The notes beneath the pieces are model-generated. The model saw only the letters and a list, made by a program, of their open reading frames with translations, made no database searches and was not told the DNA's origin. Positions 1 to 15,285 of a stretch of DNA of 64,000 nucleotides are shown piece by piece; position 1 is the stretch's first letter, and every line of letters starts with the position of its first letter. A program made the position numbers and the translations under genes. This DNA comes from Octopus sinensis (taxonomy: Eukaryota): assembly GCF_006345805.1 (NCBI RefSeq), contig NC_042998.1, forward strand, positions 154,938,001 through 155,002,000. The letters are read 5' to 3'.

Positions 1-666
1 GTTGTTGTATTGGATCCATTTCTCATCACGTTACAATTTGATTAAAAAATTATTCATTTTTGTGATGAGAAAGTAGCATTATGCAGGCTTCCAAACATTG
101 CTGTTTCTGATTGTCACTGAGTTCATGTGGAACCCACTTATCCAACTTTTTCACTTTACTGATTCGAAGTAGGTGAGTCAATATTGTTTACTTGCTGACA
201 CCAAACAACAATGATAATTCACAGGCACTTTGAGATGGATCTGACTTGACAGTGGCTTTCAGTTCATCATTATTCACCTTTGTTTCTGGTTGACTGCATT
301 GCTCATTTGTGAGGTCAAAGTTACCAGAACGAAATTTTGCAAACTAATTTGATACTATCTGCTGTGTAATAACATTGGAATGAAATATTCCATTGATATT
401 CCAAGCTGTCTGTGATGTTGTATTTCCAAGAAAGAACTCATATTTCAAAACTGTATGAATTTCCAACTTATTCATCTCTAAACAAAAATAGCAAAAACGA
501 TTTATAAGTACTTTATAAAGCACAAAATGAGTTAGAATAAAGAAATAGATGTGTCAGCTTTCTAACAAAAAGTAAAGATTGTCAAAATATAATAATGGTG
601 CAAAATGAGCAGTTGTCAAAGTTTACCATATATCTTACTACAAATTTCATACTTGACGGCCTAATA
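1..666 (-). mobile_element. mariner (Tc1/mariner) DNA transposon relic, 5' part, running off the window start
   Basis: Minus strand from ATG at 475 reads MNKLEIHTVLKYEF...FAKFRSGNFDL...KLDKWVPHELSDNQKQQ...DEKWIQYNN. It has the mariner WVPHEL motif and the first catalytic D (DEKW), with in-frame stops and a frameshift. A putative left end TA-TTAGGCCGTCAAG lies near 666. Confidence 0.85.
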
Positions 667-961
667 CTATCTACTAGTTACATTTTAATTACATTACTAA
701 AATTCCCTTCCATTTGTTAGACAATCATCTTATTATTTTATATTAATTTTATTAATATTGTCTTCCATAATTTTTAATGTTCTATTTAAATACTGACTTA
801 GTAGTTAACAAAGATTTTCTTTCATTTGAGGGTGGAGCTTAATTTATGCATTGTTTTAAAAGATTTTTTGCATTAATGCAGAAATGTAATTTACTTATTT
901 ATTATTTAATATAATAATATAAATTATCTTTGGTGTGATAGTTGAATTTTCTTATAGTTAA

Positions 962-1090
962 CTCTTTCATTACTGTATTTATTTTGAGATGCTATGTTTC
1001 TTTCTATTACTTTAAATATAACAAAGAATTTAGTAAAATAATTTAGTTATCATTCAGATAGTGTTAGGAACTTAAATTATGACTAAAGTT
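962..1090 (+). mobile_element. truncated, diverged copy of the TTAA-flanked (piggyBac-like) MITE
   Basis: TTAA followed by ctctttcattactgtatttattttgagatgct, aligning by eye with the first half of the full copy at 18518-18725. Confidence 0.65.
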
Positions 1091-1980
1091 TTTGAGACTG
1101 CACCATTGTCTTGTATGGTGCCAGTGGATGAAAAAATGAAGTATACAAATTGACTGGGCTCTAAAACCATTTTGGTGGCTACACAAGCCTCCTTGAAGTT
1201 GAAAACAATGGTCAAAATTGGTCTTTTTTATTGTGCTTATGTAATGTATGTTTAATATTTGTTTCATAAGCCTCATGTAGATCTACATCAGGCTAAAAAA
1301 TTGTAGTGCAAGTGCATAATTTATTTTTAATGATTTTATGACAAGCATGGTTGGCAAAACTTTTTTTATCATAAATCAACAAAAACCTTCCAAGATACAT
1401 TTTTTTAAAGTATATAATACTCTTAAAGTATATAATACAAGTTTATACTATAAAAAGAATTCTCAGTACATACCTATTCAGCTGATTTTTAATAGGAAAT
1501 ATTATGACAAGATGTTCATTGTTCACTTAGACATTAGCATGGGAAACCCTACTGAAATATTTGAAATACATTTAACTGCCATTCCAAACTGCCCAGAAGG
1601 CTGCAGTTCAGGCTCCTAGCCTTTCTGTTCATGTGGAGGGTTCTCTTGCTCTCTCCTATACATAGTTGCTCAACCTCTAGTAGATTTTAAGATTTTTTAG
1701 TCAACTGTGTAACGTTGTGCTTGTTATCAAGTCATTAGAAATGAATTTTATACTTGCACCATAATTTTCTAGCTTAAATTAGATCTGCATGAGACTTATG
1801 AAACAAACATTAAACAGATACCTTTCAATTTGACACTACACAAGTGCAATAAAAATGGCCAACTTTTCAACTTCAGGAGGCTTGTGTAGTCACAGAAATG
1901 GTTTTAGAGCCCTGTCACTTTCTATACCTCATTTTTTCATCCACTGTCACCACACAAGTCACAAAAAATTTTGACTCTAA
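1090..1980. mobile_element. non-autonomous DNA transposon with long (~230 bp) diverged terminal inverted repeats
   Basis: About 1095-1330 is the reverse complement of about 1735-1975 (e.g. gggctctaaaaccattt...gaagttgaaaa vs ttttcaacttc...aaatggttttagagccc). No credible ORF inside. Confidence 0.7.
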
Positions 1981-2001
1981 AAACAGGACACTCTAATATA
2001 G

Positions 2002-2104
2002 ATGTGTGTGTATGTGTGTGTGTGTGGTTGTGTATGTGTGTGTGTGTGTGTGTGTATATGTATATATATATATATATATATTTAATATATATATATATAT
2101 TATA
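2002..2104. repeat. (TG)n followed by (TA)n microsatellite
   Basis: Directly visible. Confidence 0.95.
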
Positions 2105-2225
2105 AATATGTGACAATTATTCGATAATTATCGGGCCCAGGTAACTGAAGAGATGGCAGTGTGATTTCCACCTCAGCATTCAAGACTTGGAGTTTATCAT
2201 GGCTATCGAATAATTGTCACATATT
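2105..2225. mobile_element. 121-bp mini-element with perfect 22-bp terminal inverted repeats, inside (TA)n
   Basis: aatatgtgacaattattcgata (2105-2126) and tatcgaataattgtcacatatt (2204-2225), with (TA)n on both sides. Confidence 0.75.
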
Positions 2226-2263
2226 ACATTTACAGATATATATATATATATATTTTATATGTA

Positions 2264-2303
<40 letters not shown>

Positions 2304-3634
2304 TGACTTCATTCTATTTACACTGATAAACCATTAATATTCCCATTCACAATCTCATTGATAAAGCGTATGTTCATCACGCTTAATGAATTCTTCAACA
2401 ATTTATTCTTTTTTTTGCTAACAACGTAATTCCACGAGTATTCTTATAAACACTGTAAAGACGTTTCCGATTCAATATTTTAGTTCATTACTAACCTCGC
2501 TAAGATAAGTATTTATTATATTTAAGATCTTCAAATTGTTAAATTTTAATATTGTATAATCTTTGGTGTAAATAATATTTCCTTATGTAAATATCGTTGT
2601 TTTGTAATGATCTATTTATCGTAATTTTTCTATATTATAGATATTAAATTTAAGTTTATTCGTAAGATACTACTTAGCGATAGATTTTGATAGCAAGTAT
2701 ACGAGGTGTATAAAGTTAGGCTTGTATATACATGTTTTAATAGTATTAATTGTAGTTTTAAAATTTCTTATAATTAAATTAGATAAACTTTGATAAACTT
2801 AGATATGTTTCGACTAAAGATTGGTCCAGGCCATGTCTAATTTAATAGCATAACTTAGTTATGTTTTTATTAATTGATATTCACTAGTTATTCCCTTGAT
2901 AATTATATTTATAGTATTTATTCGATACTATATTACTACGAATTGATATTTCTATAAGTATTTACATAAGATTCCGAAAGTTCGTTTAAGTTTGTTTTTT
3001 GTATTTGAATAAGCTATTTCATCTTTGAATATGACAAATTAATTTATTAGTTTTTATTATATGTGCATATAAATTTATTTATAGAGAGTATTTTTAGGTC
3101 TTAATTATAATATTTATATACATTTATATATTTCATTGATAATTATATATAATAGTCATTTTTAAATATTTATGTAATTAGAATAGATTAATACCGATAT
3201 TAGATTATTGGTGGCTTTCCTACCTTATAAATTAAAATTGATATTAAAATATAGTCGATTTTGATATAATCATAATTGTTAAGTTTTATGTTCTAGTTTG
3301 ATAATAGAGTTTATTATAAGTAAAGTTATATATTATTTATAACTTAAAAATATGTGTAATATATCTAATAATATAATATATATAAAAAGTTACATCTATA
3401 TATGTCTATCTATATATATCTATAAATATATATTAATATATTATACATACATTAGATAAGTTATAGCTCTATAGATAAATATATATATATTATACATACA
3501 TATATATATAAGTATTATATAATATATAATATATATATATAGATATTATATATACATATATATATAATATACATATATATATAGATATATATAGCTCTAT
3601 ATAACATACATATATATAGAGATAATATAAATAT

Positions 3635-3734
3635 NNNNNNNNNNNNNNNNNNNNNNNNNNNNNNNNNNNNNNNNNNNNNNNNNNNNNNNNNNNNNNNNNN
3701 NNNNNNNNNNNNNNNNNNNNNNNNNNNNNNNNNN
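3635..3734. other. assembly gap (100 N)
   Basis: Run of N. Confidence 1.
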
Positions 3735-3818
3735 ATGCATAAGGCTTGATTGCATGCAACAAGTCTCTCAGGAACGGGATCTTTGTCCTGTTACTGAGTG
3801 TTTGCAGTCCTCTGATGT

Positions 3819-4730
3819 TCAGTAGGAGTATCGAGGTGAGGTGTACGTTGTTGCCGGCAGTGTCCATCCTGTGTCTGTTTGCTGTGGTGGTCTGGTATAT
3901 AGTGGGTAGTCCCACCTGCGGGCTTGGGTTTGATGAAGCCAGGTCAGCTGCTGTACAATCTTTTGTGCCATGCACAAAAAAGATTGTTGCTCAGCAGCTG
4001 CTCTTTCGACAACATCATGTTGGCTGTTTGTGGCGCGCACAACATCTGCGTACCTCCACTTTGGGGCAGGTGGTCCGTGGTCCATCCCTTTTCTTTGTGT
4101 TGATGGTTTGTCCATCTGCCTCGTGTCTCTGTGGCAGGGTCCCCGATGTGCAAAGCGGCAGTCTGCACCTTCCTTTCCATGCCAGCAGGAACCTCTCAGG
4201 TAGAACATACACACCCGTGTGCGCTGTTTGGTTCCATCCTTTGCGGCTCCACTTCTATTCCTGGTTGTTTCACTCTTTGGTCCTGCTTGAGCTTTTTCTT
4301 TTCCTTTAGCTCTTCCAGTCCTTCTTTTAGTTCTTCTTCCTCCCTCTACAACTTCACCGGGTTCTCCGTCTCCATGGCCCTTGCTGCCGGTTGGAGAACT
4401 TGCACCTGGGTTCACTTCCCGGGCAGGTTTCTCATTCAAAACCTCCTCCCGGGCGTCCACCAGGTGGGGGTGACTTCTTTCATCGTCTCCATTCTTGCCA
4501 TCTTTGCCCCGCTCGTTCTCAAAGATGGCATCAAGTGCGCCAATGTGCGACCGTACAAGCGCATATGAGCACACGAATTCCTGTCTCTTTCGCTCCATCT
4601 GAGCCGCTGTCCTCTTGTAGCCTCTGCTCTTCAGCGCAGCCGCAATCACCTCGCTAGGGCTATCTCCACCGGCGCACTCCCATGCTCGTACGAATAAATC
4701 CAGCTCGTCACGTCTCCATGCTCTGGACAT
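3819..4730 (-). CDS. LINE ORF1 protein (303 aa): Myb/SANT-like (trihelix-type) N-terminus, basic linker, CCCH zinc finger
   Basis: Intact ORF directly upstream of and overlapping ORF2. N-terminal AWRRDELDLFVRAW...IAAALKSRGYKRTAAQMERK; CCCH finger CMFYLRGSCWHGKEGADCRFAH. Confidence 0.75.
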   Translation of the reverse strand: MSRAWRRDELDLFVRAWECAGGDSPSEVIAAALKSRGYKRTAAQMERKRQEFVCSYALVRSHIGALDAIFENERGKDGKNGDDERSHPHLVDAREEVLNEKPAREVNPGASSPTGSKGHGDGEPGEVVEGGRRTKRRTGRAKGKEKAQAGPKSETTRNRSGAAKDGTKQRTRVCMFYLRGSCWHGKEGADCRFAHRGPCHRDTRQMDKPSTQRKGMDHGPPAPKWRYADVVRATNSQHDVVERAAAEQQSFLCMAQKIVQQLTWLHQTQARRWDYPLYTRPPQQTDTGWTLPATTYTSPRYSY

Positions 4731-4789
4731 GCTGGATAATCCGTCTATCCGTTTATCTATCTAATTATGTTCGAGAGAAGACAGGAGAT

Positions 4790-5775
4790 ATTAAGGCTAA
4801 TTAGAAGATAGAGTACTTGAAAAAGAAATATTAACAATATTAAAGTTTGTGTAAAAACGTTATTTGGGTAAAAACGTTATTTAATCTTAAGGCTAATTAG
4901 GGGATAGAGTATCTGAAAATGTATTAGCAATATTAATATTATATTAGAGTGTGGATAAAAACGTTGTTTAATCTTAAGGCTAATTAGACGTTATTAATAT
5001 TAAACGTTATTTAATTTAATCTTAAGGCTAATTAGAAGATAGAGTATCTGAAAATATATTAGCAATATTAATATTATATTAGAGTGTGGATAAAAACGTT
5101 ATTTAATCTTAAGGCTAATCAGGAGATAGAGTATCTGAAGAATTATTAACAATATTAAAACAATATTAAACGTTATTTAATTTAATCTTAAGGCTAATTA
5201 GAAGATAGAGTATCTGAAGAATTATTAACAATATTAAAACAATATTAACGTTATTTAATTTAATCTTAAGGCTAATTAACACTAATTATTAACAATATTA
5301 ACAATATTAAACGTTATTTAATTAATCCTAAGGCTAATTAACAATAATTATTAACAATATTAAACAATATTAAACGTTATTTAATTTAATCTTAAGGCTA
5401 ATTAACAGTAATTATTAACAATATTAAACAATATTAAACATTATTTAATTTAATCCTAAGGCTAATTAACAATAATTATTAACAATATTAAACGTTATTT
5501 AATTTAATCCTAAGGCTAATTAGAAGTTATTAATATTAAACGTTATTTAATTAATCTTAAGGCTAATTAGAAGATAGAGTATCTGAAAAATTATTAACAA
5601 TATTAAAACAATATAAACGTTATTTAATTTAATCTTAAGGCTAATTAACAATAATTATTAACAATATTAAACAATATTAACGTTATTTAATTTAATCCTA
5701 AGGCTAATTTGACGGTATCAATATTAAACGTAATTTAATTTAATCTTAAGGCTAATTAGAAGATAGAGTATCTGG
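4790..5775. repeat. AT-rich minisatellite, ~50-90 bp variable units with core TAAGGCTAATTA...AACGTTATTTAA
   Basis: About 15 recurrences of aaggctaat, with alternative spacer modules (gaagatagagtatctgaa or acaataattattaacaatatt). Confidence 0.9.
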
Positions 5776-6228
5776 AAAATTATTATATCGAGAACAGATA
5801 TTGAACATGTAAACAAACAAAATGACGATCGCAACTTTAACTAAGATGTGGGCCTAAGTGAAAGATAAAATAGAATAATAAATAAAATATGAATAGTGAA
5901 ATTGATACTTAATCCAACAATGTGGTCTGGATTTTTTTTTTTTTGGTTTACGGGATTTTTTTCAGGAGAGATGCTTCTTTTTTCTTTCTTGCAGGAGATA
6001 ACTTGATTCAGTTATTTTTGCACCATGTGCGTTCGGCGAAAATGAAAATTACTGTGTATATGTATATATTTATATATATATTTTAAAAAATATTTTTAAA
6101 AAAAGTGTTGTAGTGATCTCTATGACTTAGAGTTTTATGTTTTGCAACTACAGTGGGTTATTTCGCCGTTCTATGCAAATTATCACAGAGCAAAGGTAAT
6201 CACGTCTTTCTCTGCTGAAACGGAAATG

Positions 6229-9725
<3,497 letters not shown>

Positions 9726-10481
9726 CGTGCGCTCATATGCGCTTGTACGGTCGCACATTGGCGCCCTTGATGCCATCTTTGAGAACGAGCGGAGCAAAGA
9801 TGGCAAGAATGGAGACGATGAAAGAAGTCACCCCCACATGGTGGACGCCCGGGAGGAGGTTTTGAATGAGAAACCTGCCCGGGAAGTGAACCCAGGGCAA
9901 GTTCTCCAACCGGCAGCAAGGGCCATGGAGACGGAGAACCCGGTGAAGAGGTAGAGGGAGGAAGAAGAACTAAAAGAAGGACTGGAAGAGCTAAAGGAAA
10001 AGAAAAAGCTCAAGCAGGACCAAAGTGTGAAACAACTAGAAATAGAAGTGGAACCGCAAAGGATGGAACCAAACAGCGCACACGGGTGTGTATGTTCTAC
10101 CTGAGAGGTTCCTGCTGGCATGGAAAGGAAGGTGCAGACTGCCGCTTTGCACATCGGAGACCCTGCCACAGAGACACGAGGCAGATGGACAAACCATCAA
10201 CACAAAGAAAAGGGATGGACCACGCACCACCTGCCCCAAAACGGAGGTACGCAGATGTTGTGCGCGCCACAAACAGCCAACATGATGTTGTCGAAAGAGC
10301 AGCTGCTGAGCAACAATCTTTTTTGTGCATGGCACAAAAGATTGTACAGCAGCTGACTTGGCTTCATCAAACCCAAGCCCGCAGGTGGGACTACCCACTA
10401 TATACCAGACCACCACAGCAAACAGACACAGGATGGACACCGCCGGCAACAACGTACACCTCACCTCGATACTCCTACTGA
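9726..10481 (+). pseudogene. ORF1 remnant of LINE copy 2 (5'-truncated, 1-bp deletion near 9896)
   Basis: Matches copy 1 ORF1. cccagggcaag here vs cccaggtgcaag in copy 1 breaks the frame; the CCCH finger is retained. Confidence 0.85.
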
Positions 10482-13405
10482 ACATCAGAGGACTACAAAC
10501 ACTCAGTAACAGGACAAAGATCCCGTTCCTGAGAGACTTTGTTGCATGCAATCAAGCCTTATGCATAGCACTTACAGAAACGCACCTGAAACCGGACATA
10601 GCAGATGCGGAGTTACCCATACCACAGTATGCTGTACTACGGACCGACAGGAAAGAAAGGAGTCATGGAGGTGTTGCTATGTACATCCGTGAGGACCTCA
10701 CACCCCAGGTCCTCTTGTCATACTGAAACTCGGTGTGTGACACACTAATTGTACATATTAGGCAACTTGATGTAGTTGTGTGTGCTACATATCGCCCTCC
10801 AGATGCCCCAAGCCATGTGGGCAAGTTTGAAGACTGCCTTATAAAAATAGAAGAAATTCTAACCACATTAGAGCAACACATAGGTGTGCTTCTTATGGGA
10901 GACTTCAATCTGCCCAATGTCAGATGGCCCGAGGGCCTTTCTCTCCCAGGAATGACAAGATGTGAACGAGGACAGGCGAGGTCCCTCCTGAACCTCATCA
11001 ACACCCTGTACATGGAGCAGGTAATACTCCAACCAACCAGGGCAGGTAACACACTGGATCTCTGCTTCACAAATGACATGGATCTCATCCATAATGTGAA
11101 AGTGACACCGACACTACTCTCGGATCACAACATGATAGAGCTGACCATGTACGGGCCAAAAGAGAGCACGGACATGCAGCCTACAAGAAACCCTCAAAAT
11201 CTTTCCAGCTTGAACTACCATAAGGCAAACTGGAAACAAATTGAGAAAGAGATCCTCAAACAAAACTGGCCTAAATGTCTCTCCTCGCCAGACATCGACG
11301 TGAAACTTCAACAATTCATGTCTGTAATGCAAGCCATATGCTACAAATGTGTCCCAGAGAGAAAGGCCACTGTACACAAGAACAAAATCCCCAGAGAGAG
11401 GAAAATCTTAATGAGACGGCGTACGAAATTTTCAAATCGCCTAAACAAACAGATTGAAAGCAGTGAAAAGTCCCGCCTAAAAATAAAACTGTTGGAAATC
11501 GAAAAATGTCTGCAACTCTCCCATGAAAAAGAAAGAGCAGACAAAGAAGCCTGGGCTATAGAAAACATAAAATCTAACCCCAGAGCTTTCTACAGGTATG
11601 CCAAAGAAACAGCTACAGTGCACTGTAGAATAGGGCCACTCCTCGAAAAGGATGGCACACTTACAGAAAACCAATGAGGGTAAGTGAAATACTGAATGAG
11701 CAATTCAAGAGTGTTTTCACTCCACCCCTTGGGCATCTCCAAATCACCAATCCAACTGACTTTTTACCACTGCAGATATAAAATCAGAGGCGGCGACGAT
11801 AGATTACATCGATATAAAGGAAGACGATGTAACCAAGGCTATAGATGAAATGAAAACAGACTCAGCTACTGGCCCCGATGGATTCCCGGCAATCCTCCTA
11901 AAAGCATGTAAGAGAGTCCTAGCAAGACCACTGCAGTTCCTCTTTCAGAGCTTCCTTGCAGCTGGCAAACTTCCAGGAAAACTGAAGGAAGGTAAAATAT
12001 GCCCCATTCATAAAGGAGGTAGCAGAGCGGAAGCCAAGAACTATAGACCTATCTCTCTGACCTCACACATCAGCAAGGTCATGGAACGAATAGTCAGAAG
12101 GAAGCTGATCACCTTCCTTGAAGAGAATGACTTGCTGCCCGACACCCAACATGGTTTCCGACCAGGGAGAAGCTGTTTAACTCAGCTCCTACAACACTAT
12201 GACTGGGTGCTGAAACGGCTGCTCAACCACTCAAATGTGGAAGTGATATATCTCGACTTTGCAAAGGCCTTTGATAAAGTCGATCATGGAATGATATGTC
12301 ACAAACTGCGTGATCTCAACATAGTTGGAAAACTGGGAGAATGGCTTCATGACTTTCTGAAGGATAGAAGTCAGGTGGTAGTAGCCAATGGGGCCACCTC
12401 CATTAACACACAATAGTGAGCGGTGTTCCGCAGGGCACTGTTCTGGGACCACTACTGTTCATAATGGCCCTCTCAGACATGCCCTCAGCCACGATCACAA
12501 GTTATGCAGATGATACAAAAGTTTCACAGGCAATACAGAACCCTGAGGACACTAAACACCTGCAATGTGAGCTGGACGAAATAGCTGAAAAGAATAGCAT
12601 GCAGTTCAATGCTGGAAAGTTTCAAGCTTTATACTATCAGCATGCAAAACTGAATGCAATACCCAATGAATACACTGGACCCGGAGGGATTGCAATCCCA
12701 GAGGCACAATCAGTGCGTGACCTGGGTATTCACATGAGTGATGACGCGACCTTTCATGTACATGTTGCTAAACTGACAATGAAATGTAGACGGCTGGCTG
12801 GATGGATTCTTAGAACCTTTAGAACAAGAGAACAAGAAACCATGATGGTCCTCTGGAAGACACTTGTCCTAAGCCACTTTGACTATTGCTCTCAGCTATG
12901 GTCACCATCCAGTGTCAAGTTGATCACAGAAATTGAGGCGATCCAACGAAGCTACACGAAGATGACAGCCTCTATGCAAAATGTAAGCTACTGGGAAAGA
13001 CTCAAGAAATTAAAATTATATTCCCTGGAGCGTAGGCGGGAAAGATATGCCATAATATACATCTGGAAGATCCTGGAGGGAAGTGTCCTGAACTTTGGCA
13101 TCGAGAGTTACGCAAATGCCAGAACTGGGCGCCACTGCGTGGTGCCTAGGACTCCAAACTTGCCATCAAGATGTAGGACAAGATTCTGTGATAGCCTGGG
13201 CTTCAGAGGCCCACAGCTCTTCAATATCCTCCCGAAGAACCTGAGAGACCTGCATGGGGTGGATACAGATGTCTTTAAAATGGAGCTGGATCTCTTCCTG
13301 TCAGGTGTCCCAGATGAACCAACTTCACGGCAGGAGGGGCAGATGAGGGCAGCTGCATCGAACTCTCTCATGCACCAAATAGCAGTTGCTAGAAAGCCTC
13401 CATGA
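10433..13405 (+). pseudogene. LINE ORF2: AP endonuclease and reverse transcriptase, disrupted
   Basis: Motifs LNIRGL, ALTETHL, GGVAMY, YRPP, MGDFNLP, LSDHN, NYRPISL, QHGFRPGRS, YLDFAKAFDKV, SGVPQGTVLGPLLF and YADD. In-frame TGA at 10724-10726; frameshifts near 11675, about 11760-11800 and about 12412. Confidence 0.92.
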
Positions 13406-13501
13406 AGTGAAACCAAGTAGCAACACCAAATGGCGGTGCCCCAGCATGGCCACAGCTCATAAGCTGAAACTAGAATCAATCAATGAATCAATCAATCAAT
13501 C

Positions 13502-13778
13502 ATATATTACATATATATATATATATTACATATATATATATTACATATATATATATTACATATATATATATATATTACATATATATATATATATATTACA
13601 TATATATATATATATTACATATATATATATATATATTACATATATATATATATATTACATATATATATATATATTACATATATATATATATATTACATAT
13701 TACATATACATATATATATTACATATTACATATATATATATATATAACATATTACATATATATATATATATAACATAT

Positions 13779-13809
<31 letters not shown>

Positions 13810-13825
13810 TACATATGATGATGAT

Positions 13826-13864
<39 letters not shown>

Positions 13865-13890
13865 TTTTGTGTGTGTGTGTGTGTGAGTGT
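13502..13890. repeat. TATATTACA satellite followed by (TA)n/(TG)n
   Basis: Directly visible. Confidence 0.95.
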
Positions 13891-13892
13891 GT

Positions 13893-14192
13893 GTGTTATA
13901 TTTTGGGACAGTCATTTTTTCTTACATGCCGAATAAACACATAACTGTATATTCATTCTTCACTTGTTTATTACTGTTCTTATTTTATGTTCAATGTCTG
14001 GAAATCTTGCAGCACACACCTATAACCTCTTCAGCAAATTTTCAGCCCATGTGTTTCCTACTGTTCTGTTTAGTCTATTCTGTGCCAAAAATTTCCACAC
14101 AATGGACATGAAATAAGAACAGTAATAAACAAGTGAAGAATGTGTTTTTAATTGGCAAGAAAAAAAGAAGTGACCATCCTGATGTATAACAA
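13893..14192. mobile_element. MITE with long imperfect terminal inverted repeats
   Basis: cattcttcacttgtttattactgttcttattt (~13953-13985) is inverted at ~14110-14142, and the outer ends are also inverted-similar. Confidence 0.65.
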
Positions 14193-14942
14193 TATGTTTG
14201 AACACACAATTTCACATCAGGAATCTTGCGAAACAAATTCATAAATCTATACACACACACACACATAATGTATACATACATGTGTAAATTCTAATAGATT
14301 TATTTTTATTTTAGTAACGGATTTAGTTTAAGCACCAGAAAAGAAAAATGTCACCATAGAATTGAAAAGAACAGAAATTAAATATAGAATGAATATTAAT
14401 TAAGACTGTGTTAAAGGATTCCTCTCTTTAAAGTTCATATTTCGAAGGAAACACATTGTCTTTGTGCTTCAGTTAATTATGAAAATACGATTTAAGTAAA
14501 ACTATAACTTCTTTAGGGTGGTGTTCAGAATATAATTTAACAGAATGTATTTAAAAAACTTATGATGAATACTTTAAAGTTTGCAGTTCTGTATCATAGA
14601 AATAGTGGTAATTTGGGCAGGTTGGAATGGAAAGGATTAAGGATAGCATGATATTACAATGAAAAATAATATGACTAGATGAATTAAAGAATAAAAAAGT
14701 ATTTCAAAAATTATCATCATATTTAGAAGGAATAGCTCCCTGTTTACTCAAAAGTAAATTATACATGAGCTCAATATTGTTCAAGCAGAACTATGGTTAA
14801 AGACATTTCAGCAGAGACCATGATCAAATGACCATATAGAGGTGCTCTTGTTGGTGATCTTATTGGATGAATAAATGTTTGTGAGAATTCAATGGTTTGA
14901 AACCAGGTATAACATGTTAGCAAAACTGTAAAAGAAATCTAC

Positions 14943-15285
14943 AGCAGGAGTGGCTTACCAACCACATGGTTCCAGGTTCATTCCCACTGCATGGCACCTT
15001 TGGGCAAGTGTCTTCTTCTATAGCCTCGGGCCAACCAAAGCCTTATGAGTGGATTTGGTAGATGGAAACTGAAAGAAGCCCATCGTATATATGTATATAC
15101 ATGTGTATATGTTTGTTTGTCCCCCCCAACATTGCTTGACAACCAATGGTGGTGTGTTTATGTCCCCATAACTTAGCGGTTCGGTTTCCAAAGAATAAGT
15201 CCTGGAGTTGATTTGCTCGACTAAAGGCGGTGCTCCAGCATGGCCACAGTCAAATGACTGAAACAAGTAAAAGAGTAAAAGAGAA
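14943..15285 (+). mobile_element. tRNA-derived SINE (octopus-type) with CR1-like 3' tail
   Basis: Head ...caaccacatggttccaggttca, body ggcaccttgggcaagtgtcttct, tail ggcggtgctccagcatggccacagtcaaatgactgaaac(aagtaaaaga)n. Many copies in the window. Confidence 0.85.

Larger units (their letters stand above)
3735..6228 (-). mobile_element. CR1-type LINE copy 1: 5' region, ORF1 and start of ORF2, interrupted by the gap; 5' boundary tentative
   Basis: 3735-4570 is a near-identical reverse complement of 9726-10565. It contains the complete ORF1 and the start of the AP endonuclease (SILLLNIRGL). Extension to 6228 is inferred from the junction with the (TA)n array. Confidence 0.8.
9726..13501 (+). mobile_element. 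CR1-type LINE copy 2, 5'-truncated, complete 3' end with (AATC)n tail
   Basis: ORF1 remnant, AP endonuclease, RT and a CR1-like C-terminus (LERRRERY, RGPQLFNILP), ending in aatcaatcaatgaatcaatcaatcaatc. Confidence 0.92.

Noticed and set aside
2300-3634. Extremely AT-rich non-periodic sequence that might suggest hypermutation or foreign DNA
   Set aside because: It abuts the gap, grades into (TA)n and has no motif or ORF support. Low-quality contig-end consensus is the simpler explanation.
3746-4657. Antisense and alternative-frame ORFs over LINE ORF1 (and mirrors at 9644-10551)
   Set aside because: They are shadow frames of the GC-richer ORF1 with no independent motifs.
4790-5775. Repeat-spacer appearance resembling a CRISPR array
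   Set aside because: The context is eukaryotic, the spacers are themselves repeated, and there are no cas genes.
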